Assembly: GCA_051362555.1 (NCBI GenBank)
Contig: JBPQGU010000016.1
Location: 5,394,001-5,458,000 of the forward strand
Source: Lingula anatina
Taxonomy: Eukaryota; Animalia; Brachiopoda
Length of the DNA stretch: 64,000 nt
Direction: 5' to 3'
The position numbers were made by a program, and so were the translations under genes. Positions 1-12,200 of this stretch are shown in pieces. The stretch's first letter is position 1, and each line of letters starts with the position of its first letter. The notes under the pieces were generated by a model. It was not told the origin of the DNA and did no database searches. It was given only the letters and a program-made list of their open reading frames with translations.

Positions 1-277
1 TGGAACTAAACCTAGTTACCTTATCCTCCAGATTGTGCACAGGGTACATACTGGGATAAAGCTTTAACAAGATATAATTAAGAGGTACAGACTGGAACTA
101 AACCTAGTTACCTTATCCTCCAGATTGTGCACAGGGTACATACTGGGATAAAGCTTTAACAAGATATAATTAAGAGGTAAAGACTGGAACTAAACCTAGT
201 TACCTTATCCTCCAGATTGTGCACAGGGTACATACTGGGATACAGCTTTAACAAGATATAATTAAGAGGTAAAGACT
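1..277 (-). repeat. 92-bp tandem repeat (at least 3 copies, truncated by the edge) spanning a Sec24 5' splice site
   Basis: Unit starts at 1, 93 and 185. Each unit holds ~73 nt of exon end plus the donor (GAT AAG|gtaactagg) and ~19 nt of intron. Confidence 0.95.
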
Positions 278-3200
278 TGCACATCTCCATAAAGAACACA
301 CGGTCATCCAACTTTGTGCTTACTCCAACCCTGAAGGCAGCCTAGAAATAAATTACTGATATATTATATAGACTTGTGTAATGATATTCCCTGTGTTATC
401 AGTAAGAATATTATATAAACAGGAGTGTTGTATTATATTATTTCCTGTGTAAGAAGTGATGCCATTTATAAATACTGCAAAAATCATTTTTCTAAATCTG
501 ACAAAATATTTTTAAAATGATTTGCAAACAAAAAGCATGTAATAAAAATGTGCTGAACATGAGTGGGCCATACAAATAACAAGAAACCAGGACTACTGTT
601 AAAATTGAATATGTCAACATTCTAAGGAAGAGATTCCACAAACAGATCTTGAAGGTAAAAAAAAAATCAACAACAATCATGTAACACAAGCCCACTTCTA
701 CATTCCAATTCCCTGTAATACTCACAGACTTGAGCAAGGCCAGTGTATACATTGGGAGTAACCTAATAGAGTAACAGCAAGGAAGGGTGCCTATCCTTTG
801 AGAGGCTGGAATACTGCTGGCATATGCACTGATTGCGTCCATGCAAGCGTTAACCATAGCCTCGCGGGCATCCATCAGACTAGAACTGAGCGACCTGTCC
901 ACAGCTACGAGAAAAAAAAGTCATCTGTTAGTGTTACCACTGTCAATTTCAAAGACATGTCCATTAGACTAAACCTGTTGCAGATAGCTTTTTACTGGAG
1001 TCATTACATAACAATCTTGTCATAAAAAGAAATAAGCTCAGCTGCCTCACAGTAGTTACTTGATGTAAATTATGTAGATTGTGTGTGCATACCAGCATAA
1101 GAGAGCATCTTTATGGAAAGTGACAATGTGGCACATCTAAAGTAAGACCAATTACTTTAGATATCACATAATGCAATATTGCTATGAAGTACCCATGAAG
1201 TACCCACCCATCTTAGGCAGCAATCCTGCTAACAAACCCAAGAAGTACCCACCCATCTTGGCCAGCAATCCTGCCAACAAACCCATGAAGTACCCACCCA
1301 TCTTAGCCAGCAATCCAGTTAACAAACCCATGAAGTACCCACCCATCTTAGCCAGCAATCCTGCTAACAAACCCATGAAGTACCCACCCATCTTGGCCAG
1401 CAATTCTGCTAACAAACCCATGAAGTACCCATCCATCTTAGCCAGCAATCCTGCTAACAAACCCATGAAGTACCCCCCATCTTAGCCAGCAATCCTGCTA
1501 ACAAACCCATGAAGTACCCACCCATCTTAGCCAGCAATCCTGCTAACAAACCCATGAAGTACCCACCCATCTTAGCCAGCAATCCAGCTAACAAACCCAT
1601 GAAGTACCCACCCATCTTAGCCAGCAATCCTGCTATGGCCTGCTGGTCAGCACCAGAGAAGACATCAGTCAACTGGTTGGTCACTGGCAAACACAAGTTG
1701 TGGACACGGATCCTTCTCTCCCCTTTACTGGACGTATACAAGAGAGCTGCCTGAAAACTCACTGTGGAACTCTCATGCAAATTGTCCTCTATGGAAACCT
1801 GCATGCCAAAGCCAGCGTCTGGGTTGATGTTGGGTAAGCTAAGGAGATCCGTGGACCTCACAAAGAAATTACCATGAAAGGTATGGATACTTAAACCTAA
1901 AAGCAAAGAGGAATCAATTGTATGCACTGGCCTTGAAGAGACAACGCTTTTTTTTTTCACATTTAATTTAGAAAGTGTTTGTTCAGAAAGATTTGTGTTT
2001 ACCTAGCGAGTGCCCTTTAACTTCACTGGGGCTTTCGCTAAATGTAATCATATTATCAGACTGACATGCTGCCTCCTGGCATTATCTAGGATACAAAAAT
2101 GTTGGTGAATATCCAAGTTGGAAACAAGAAGAGTCTTACAGCCCGTTATCTGATTGCATTTAGCGAGAGTGCCTGTGGAGTAAGTGCACATAGCTAGGTC
2201 GACATAACTCATTGTGAATGGTCCCTTACCTAGCTGCTGTAATGTAATAACTTAAAGACAAAATACAAGCAATTTAATTTGAGAATGAAAAAATAAGAAA
2301 TGTTGCTACTACTTATAAGATTAATTAAACACATATAATTTTTTATTATCATTATTTCTTTATTTATAACATAAAAAAAAATAATAAAAATTTACCTTTT
2401 GTGCACCTTACTCTCATCACAGACTCAAACCCTATCTTTCTGGTCAGATACCTCCTCAGGTCGTTCTCAAACCTCTCCACCTCAGCGGGATTCGCCACAG
2501 AGTGCAGCATGGGGTAGTAGTGGAGGTCACCCCCTGAAAACTTGGATGCACAAGCTGGAATAAGAAAGATATAATTGCTTTAAGTTGACTGTATTTTAAT
2601 ATGATATCCCCTCCTGGAAGTATTTAAAGATGTATTTCATTCAGATTTGTACACAGGTATAAGTCTAATGAGTTTCTGCAGTTTTAATGGAAACTCTTCA
2701 TTCTCCCCACCTTTGCACAGACCCCCCCCCCCCTACTACCCCCCCCCCAACCCCCCAAGTGCCCCAGATATCTAAATATATATATATCTAAAGAACAACA
2801 TGTAAATACTATGTAACTCATCCAGTCATGTTCACATTAAGATATGCCATTAATATTTTTTACTGGACTAACATCTCTCTATTTGATGTTGCATCTCCCT
2901 CTGTAAATGAAACTATACATGAGAGGGCAGAACAGCTGAGCATTAACAAACAAGGGGGGGGGGTGCATTTCTTCCTATATGGGACAAGGTGATCAATTAT
3001 CTTCTGTGCTTATTACATCACAGAACTGGGAGTATTTCACCAGTATTCTCAATGGACCAACCAAGGTATCTGAGAGTCCCCAAGAGTGCCCCAAAACCTA
3101 CCTATAGACATTATGTCTGCATACTGCCCATTGAACAGACCCACAACCTACCTATAGACGCTATGTCTGCATACTGCCCATTGAACAGACCCACAACCTA

Positions 3201-6200
3201 CCTATAGACGCTATGTCTGCATACTGCCCATTGAACAGACCCACAACCTACCTATAGACGCTATGTCTGCATACTGCCCATTGAACAGACCCACAACCTA
3301 CCTATAGACGCTATGTCTGCACTGCCCATTGAACAGACCCACAACCTACCTATAGATGTTATGTCTGCATACTGTCCATTGAACAGACCCACAACCTACC
3401 TATAGATGCTATGTCTGCATACTGCCCATTGAGGAAGAAGATATCCACTGCTATCTGCTGAGCAGAGCAGTCCAGTGCATACTTCTTGTAGAAGTCTGTG
3501 GCAGGGCCTAGGTGGGCTACAGCCTAGAAATATAATGTACATAGTAAATATTATTATCTTAGTAATTGTTGAAGTCTGTGGCAGGGCCTAGGTTGTCTAC
3601 AGCCTAGAAATATAATGTACATAGTAAATATTATTATCTTAGTAATTGTAGAAGTCTGTGGCAGGGCCTAGGTGGGCTACAGCCTAGTAATAACAAGGCA
3701 GCAAAGCTGTCAAATGTACAGACAAAAAGCAGGAAATAACAAAATAGGCTACTGTCAATTCTGATACAAAAGTACATTATGTTAAACTGCAAATTCAACA
3801 TCAAATTTTAATTATGCTCAACAGGTAATACCAATGTAAGTAAAATGTGTACCAAGCATAAGGCTTCAGGTCCATGGAAGTTCAAGTTCACACTTTGAAA
3901 ATGTAAAACTTCCAGAAAAAGAAGTCAATTAGACTGCTTTTCCAACGTCAGGCTGCATTTTAGTCCTGTATTTCTTTTTTGAAAGTTTTGCAATCATAAG
4001 TAACATGGTTTTCTCATAATGGTCATCATGGCAGCAGCACCCAAAATTGTGTTTTCTTCTATTCTGATGCAATATTACATAATGGTTTACAGCATAATGA
4101 CAATCAATTTTTAATAAGAAAATATACCTATCATGGATTTTCAGAAAATGTGACTATCATGGGTCTTCAAGCCTGTGGAACTTCAAAGTCACACATTGAA
4201 AATGCCAATATGTGAAAAATTAAATTTTCACAAAAAAATGTTTAACTGGCAGATTGCATTGCCTACCGAAGCTATATTTTAGTCCCATGTTTCTTTCCTG
4301 TAAGTTTGAGAACAGTAAGTGACATGGTTTTTCTTAAATGGTCATCATAGTAGCAGTGCCCAAAAATAGTTTTTTTTTCAAATTTTGATGCAATATTACA
4401 TAATGTTTAACAGCATAATGACCATCAATTTCTAATAATAAAATATTAGTATCATGGATATTCAGAAAATGTGACTAGCAAAGGTCTTCTGGCCCATGGA
4501 ACTTCAAAGTCACAACTTGAAAATGCCAAAATGTAAACAAGACAGCACTGTTCTGAAATGTTTTTTTCCACATTTTTAACAATTTTTAACATAAAACAAA
4601 ATTAACAGTTTACTGCCATTTATATATGATCAACTAAAAAAATTGATGAGATGGGAAAAAAATCAATAGAGCAGTGTTAAATGTCCAATTTCTTCCATTC
4701 TGAGATTCTGAACATAGTGAATGATTGAATCTGACAAACTGCAATGATATGAGTTTATTTCCATTTTTGAAACTTTATTACACAATACACGATAACAAGT
4801 TTACCATCATTTTTACAAAATCAACCAACAATGTTATAAAGATGCAGGAAATGTCAAACAAACACTTTTACGTATCTTATTAATTAAATAATGAAACTGT
4901 TAACATGCCTAAGAATTGAATCTGAGGAAATGTGAAAAAACAGCATAACTTCTAAAATAATGGCCCGATTAGGCTGATTTTCAAACTCAACCTGAGTTTT
5001 AGTAAGATTAACCACTCCTGTGAGTTTCATGACAATTGGCCTATCTGTTTTTCTTATATTGTGTTAACAGTGTTGTATATATGCTGAAAAGTGAAAAAAA
5101 CAGCATAACTACTAAAATAGTGGCCCGATCATGCCGATTTTCGAACTTGACCTGCATTTTAGTAAGATTAACCACTCCTGTGAGTTTCATGACAACGGTC
5201 TATATGTTTTTCTTATATTGTGTTAACAGTGTTGCATATATGCTGAAAAGTGAAAAAAAAAAAACAGCATAACTTCTACAATAATGCCTTGATCATGTTG
5301 ATTTTCGAACTTGACCTGCGTTTTATGAATATTCATCAGCTCTGTAAATATAAAGCCAAAAAGTAAAACTGTCTTCCACTTATGGTGTTAACGATAAAAG
5401 TGCACGGCAACGGCAACATGGACGGCGACGACAGATGCAGGTGATGGCAATATGTACATAATAAAATATATGTATTGTGGATTTTCAGAAAATGTGACTA
5501 CCATGGGTCTTCAAGCCCGTGGAGGTTCTAAGTCACACCTTGAAAATGCCAATATGTGAAAAATTAAATTTTCACAAAAAAACGATTAACTGCCAGAAAG
5601 AATTACCAAACAGACTGTATTGCCTAATTAAACTGTATCTTAGTCCCATGTTTCTTTCCTGTAAGTTTGAGAACAGTAAGTGACATGGTTTTCCTTAAAT
5701 GGTCATCATGGGAGCAGTGTCCAAAATAGGGGTTTCTTCAAATTTTGATGCAATATTACATAATGTTTAACAGCATAATGACCATCAATTTTTAATAATA
5801 AAATATTAGTATCATGGATATTCAGAAAATGTGACAAGCAAAGGTCTTCAGGCCCATGGAACTTCAAAGTCACACCTTGAAAATGCCAAAATGTAAACAA
5901 GACAGCACTGTCCTGAAATGTGTTTTTTTCCATTTTTAACAATTGTTTAACATATAACAAAATTAACAGTTTACTGCCATTTTTATATGATCAACTAAGA
6001 AAATTGATGACATGGGAAAAATATCAATAGAACAGTGTTTAATGTCCAATTTCCTCCATTCCGAGTTTCTGAACATAGTGAATGAATTAATCTGACAAAC
6101 TGCAATGATATGAGTTTTTTTCCATTTTTGAAACTCTATTATACAATACATGATTACAAGTTTACAATCATTTTTACATAATCAACTAACAATGTTGTAA

Positions 6201-9200
6201 AGTTGCAGGAAATGTCAAACAAACACATTTACATATCTTATTAGTTAAATAATGAGACTGTTAACATGCCTAAGAATTGAATCTGAGGAAATGTGAAAAA
6301 ACAGCATAACTTATAAAATAATGGCCCCATTATGCTGATTTTTGAACTTGACCTGCGTTTTAGTAAGATTGATTACTAATGTGAGTTTCATGACAACAGG
6401 CCTATCGGTTTTCCTTGAAATGTGTTAACAATGTTGCATATATGCTAAAAAGTGAAAAAACAGCATAACTACTAAAATAGTGGCCCGATCATGCCGATTT
6501 TCGAACTTGACCTGCGTTTTAGTAAGATTGATTACTCCTGTGAGTTTAATGACAACAGGCCTATCGGTTTTCCTTAAAATGTGTTAACAGGGTTGCATAT
6601 ATGCTGAAAAGTGAAAAAACAGCATAACTTCTACAATAATGGCCCGATCATGCTGATTTTCGAACTTGACCTGTGTTTTATGAATATTCATCAGCTCTGT
6701 AAATATAAAGCCAAAAAGTAAAACTGCCCTCCACTTATCGTGTTAACAAGGAAAGTGCACGGCATCGGCGACGACAGACGCAGGTGATGGCAATATGTAC
6801 AGACACTTCTGTGTCTGTACATAAAAAGTACATAGTAAATATTATTATCTTAGTCAATGATTGTAGAAGTCTGTGGCAGGGTGCCTAGGTGGGCTACAGC
6901 CTAGAAATATAATGTACATAGTAAATATTTTCACATGAAATGGATTAAAAAATGCAATCATAATTTTACTGATGCAACTGTTTTAAATAAACATTTGTAA
7001 AATACACCATACACCCAACATTGGCAGCTTATTTGCACTCAACAGTCAAGATTTAAATTTTGTAACAGTTTTTATTAATAAACACAGAAATGTTGAAAAC
7101 ACACTGCCACGTTTAACTATCAAATCCATAATTTCATCACTGCTATTCTTGCAACACTGTCCACTGCCTACCTTGCCAGCCCTAGCGTTGGGATCCTCTC
7201 TGGCTTGCAGTGACCCAGGCCCAACTGAAGGCAGACAGGTTTGGAATACTGATATCCTACCCCCAGTGGCTGTCTGAACAGAGAATTATATCAACAATAA
7301 GAATACTGTGGATATATCAAAGATATTAATACAGACAGGTCTGGAATACTGATATCCTTCCCCCAGTGGCTGTCTGAACAGAGAATTATATCAACAATAA
7401 GAATACTAAAAACTTAATAATAATAATAAAGATAACAATTGTTATTTCAATTTTTTATTATAACAAGAAGAACCATAATATGTAAAAAATAATAAAAAGT
7501 ATGTACGCTGATATGCCCTAAAGTACTTCCTTTTCCAACAAAAGAAATTCGATTCTCATGGCTCTTACCATCATTTTAAGCCCCGCCTGCATAGCTGCCC
7601 CCAGGGCACTGTTGGTTTCCTTGTTGCCTTCAAACATCTTGGGTAACTGACTCAACAGATCTTTGACCAAGTCTTTACAGTCCCTTAAGTTTGTTAGAAG
7701 TCCATCAGGCATAGGCAGAAATACATCTGAAATATTGATTACCTTAATGAAATTAAAATTTTCAATAACCAAGTTATATTGTTGCAAATTTAGATGTTCA
7801 GTACTCAACAGTCGCAGCACATATGAAATATATTTTATGGCACACACTTCACTGAAGGATATGAACAAGACAGTTCTCTATAGTCATGACACATGTCAAA
7901 TATATTTCATGGTACACACTTTACAAAAAAATATGTAAATGCTTTGGTTTTAGCCCTTTCGTCATTAAATGAAGCCCAATTAGATTAACCACATCATGTT
8001 TTATGTAAGCAATGCTCTTAGACCAATACCATATCAATAGTCCACCTTTTGTAGCAGGCTATCCAATATGAGCAGTCTAACCAATAGCATTCCTTACCTT
8101 CAATATCAGACACCACCAGTAGCTGAGGCGCTGAAAGTCCTTCAGATAAGTTGAAGAAGTATAAAGAGGAGTCGTAGGTTATAAAGCCCACCAGTGTGCG
8201 GGCATCGCCAGGAATACGGTCCAGTTCATCGTCCAGAATTTGGCAAAATGAGGACAAGTACCCTGAAATTACAAATTATCGTAAACCGTTATGATTTCTC
8301 TTTCACATTAAATCTAAGGTTCTGAAAGTTTTGGGAATTGCTTACAGTTCTGACAGAGCCTAAATTCCAGAATTTGACAAAAAAAAAAGATAAATATCAA
8401 AAAACCATAAACTATGATATAATAATATGTTACAGTATCCATCAAAGATCTTTGGCAATTGTTTTTTGTCATCAAGTTCAGTTCTTGTCTATAGCACTTC
8501 TTAATGCATATACTCTAAGGAATGTATGGGACATAAATTCAGAGGTGGGTTTAAGGGCATTTTAACTTAAAACAAATACAAAATTCTGCAGAAACAACAT
8601 GGGACAGTTGCTGAACAATTTAAACATATTTAATCCACACCCACCTGTTGATATTGCATTAAATGATACATCCAACAGAAACAAATATACTGCTGGCTGG
8701 GGAGGCCGCAGCTGAAAGTTCAATATCATTTCTTAGATTAATATTTAAAATGTTTTTATATTCACTTATCACAGAGTACAGAGCTTTATATAAAACCTTA
8801 AACTGTATATGTAAGAAAATGACAAGACAGAGACTAATGTATCACATTCATGTTTTAAAACTTTAAGAGGACATGTCAACTTTACTAAATTTTCATCACT
8901 TTTTAAATCAATCCTAATTTTAAGGTATTGCACTTCCATTTCAAAATACTTTGCAATTTACAAATCTAATTGAAAATCAAGCATAACACCTTCCACCAAA
9001 CAAACAGAGCAACTAGCTTTTAACAATCAATCACTGGCGATCACCACAGGTCACTCACCATGTATTCTGAGGAGGCTATAAATTAACAATCAATCATTGG
9101 CGATCACCACAGGTCACTCACCATGTATTCTGAGGAGGCTATAAATTCAATCGTTGCTGATTTCATTTCCGGCCTTCTCATTGGGTCCCCAAAAGTTTTA

Positions 9201-12200
9201 CTAACTGGGTCATACTGGAACTCTTCAGGGGCTGGAGGAAAGTAATTGGGGAGAATTTGAACCAGTGATTTGTGCTGTGTAGAAAGCTGTACATTCACAT
9301 AAAATAACAGGTGCACGATATGGCTTACCCCATCAGGTTCTGCAACAACAATTTCCATGGAGGCAAAACACATCTTCAATCTTCTTTGTAAATGAGCGCC
9401 ATACATTTTGCTCACAGGATCATACATATTCTCAGAGACTAAATTTAGCATATTTAGAATTTATAATTACACTTAACTCTCTACTAAATTGGTTACAGCC
9501 TGGCAAGGATAGGTTACTAACCTACCAAATTTACCCATTTACTATAATCAAAGCATTAAAAAATGTGATAATTCACATTAACTATCTCTAGAGATGGCTT
9601 TGCAAAGTTTTTTAAACTGAAAAAAATCTTTACACATGCTATAGAACAGGAGCTTAACAAAGTCTACTGAGGCTGATGAGAGTTTAGTTTCCTCTTATTT
9701 CACTTTTACTTTAAGAGTGTTCCAGTGAATGGTTTCAAAGTTTTCCCCACTGTGTTCTACTTTACCTTCATTGATCCTATAACACAAGTTGCACTTCCAC
9801 CTTCTATTGTCTATGAAAGCCACAAATGGATTAATGTACGTCCTACACGACCGACAGCGCACGATGACACTGGACTGGATAACTGGCAGTTGCTGCAATA
9901 CAAGATAATAGTAACTAACAAGGGTACATTGCCACAAGCACCACACCTAGACCCAAGCACTGATAAAGCCCAAAATTTACGTGGAACGAGTTGAGATTAT
10001 ATGTGACCTAAATCAAAGAGATGGGTCTGGGGCTCTTGTATTTTACGAGAAGCAGTAACGGTGACAAGGCGGCAGAGCCCGCGGATACAGCAGACGCGAT
10101 GGGTCAGGACTAAAACTATGCGTACTGCCAACTCCGCACTGGTGGTACAATTTATCTACAAATCAATATTTTTTATAAACATTTAATCTTAAAGTCAGGA
10201 AGTTTTTCTTAAGCACCTTGCAGAAACAAGCAGGTGGTATGCACTTAATTAGTAGATCAAAACTGTTATCTGATTGGATAATATAAATATTCTTAATAAC
10301 AAATGCACTTGGGTAGACTTACTGTCAAATCCTTAAATGGGTGAATTAATATACCCAGTGGTAGCCGTGCTTTATTCAGCAGTGACTGACTCTGTGGTAT
10401 GGTAGTCAGTGTGCATCTAAATATACTGGAATAGGAAGAGAGAAACATTGGTTTAATATGAGTTCATTATAGATTACTACACATATCTACATCTAAATAT
10501 ACTGGAATAGGAAGAGAGAAACATTGGTTCAATATGAGTTCATTATAGATTACTACACATATCTACATCTAAATATACTGGAATAGGAAGAGAGAAACCT
10601 TGGTTTAATATGAGTTCATTATAGATTTCTATATGTTTCAGTTGTTTCAGGATTCTGATATCAGTGAAATAAACAGGTAACTTTTCTCCATTGATGGTGA
10701 AAATTTTCATAGTTGTAACATCAATATCCTTTGTCTAATTGTAATTTTTCCAAAACTGATTTTCTCTTCAAAATTTGAGAGCACAGATTTTAGTTAAAAT
10801 CCATTTTCTATTTTAGATTACACAGGCTGTAAAGTGAGTTGTTTTCCATGCTAACACATACACTGGTGGCTGAAGAGACATACTCACTCTGGACTACAGT
10901 TGAGCTTTTTAAAATCAGGAGCCAGGTTGGGTTTTACTGTCTCCACACCATCTGGAGGAATCACATTGCGCTCTTGTAGTAAATTCACAACTCTAGACTC
11001 TGGTGACTGGAAAATAACACAAACAATGATTAAGAAATAATAACACAACTTCAAATTGATAAAATAATACTCACTGTGTAACCTTAACATGTCTATCTTA
11101 AAACTAGAGGATCAGAGAGGCGATACCGCCTCCGAATATTGTACCACCAGCTGGAGCAAGCGCATTCGTATAGACCCCCACATACACAAAATAAGGGACA
11201 TAGCCACCAGTTTTGTGCTTGACAAGCTGTAAAAATGCAATCAACAAGAATTTTTAAACTATTGCAAAAAATATATATGGTACATTCAAATTTAAGTTCT
11301 TCGTAAGGTAGGTCAAGGGTCAATTTCAAGGTCACAGTAAATTGCCAGTATATGACTTCCTATTCAAGTTCAAGAGTAACTATGGACCTATCTCTGTCAA
11401 GTTTGAAGTTAAAAGAGAAAGAAATTAGCAGAGTTCAGTTCATGATAAAAAGTAGGTCAAAGGTCAATTTCAAGGTCACATTTAGATTGCCAGTATATGA
11501 CTTTCTATTCAAGTTCAATAGTAACTATGGACCTATCTTTGCCAGTTTTGGAGATAAAAGGGAAGCAAAATTTGCAAAGTTCAGTTTATGGTGAAAAGTA
11601 GGACAAAGGTCAATTTTAATGTCACATTTATAATGCCAGTATATGACTTCCTATTCAAGTTCAATAGTAACTACGGACCTATCTCAGCCAGTTTTGGAGA
11701 TAAAAGGAAAGCAAAATTTGCAAAATTCAGTTTATGGTGTAAAGTAGGTCAAAGGTCAATTTTAAGGTCACATTTAGATTGCCAGTATATGACTTCCTTT
11801 TCAAGTTCAATAGTAACTATGGACCTATCTCTGCCAGTTTTGGAGATAAAAGGAAAGCAAAATTTGCAAAGTTCAGTTCATGGTGAAAAGTAGGTCAAAG
11901 GTCAATTTCAAGGTCACATTTAGATTGCCAGTATATGACTTCCTATTCAAGTTCAATAGTAACTATGGACCTATCTCAGCCAGTTTTGGAGATAAAAGGG
12001 AAGCAAAATTTGCAAAATTCAGTTCATGGTGAAAAGTAGGTCAAAGGTCAATTTTAAGGTCACATTTAGATTGCCAGTATATGACTTCCTATTCAAGTTC
12101 AATAGTAACTATGGACCTATCTCTGCCAGTTTTGGAGATAAAAGGGAAGCAAAATTTGCAAAGTTCAGTTCATGGTGAAAAGTAGGTCAAAGGTCAATTT

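Noticed and set aside
1171-1754. Repetitive ORFs MKYPPILASNPANKP / MGGYFMGLLAGLLAK
   Set aside because: Translations of the 45-bp splice-junction array, not independent genes.
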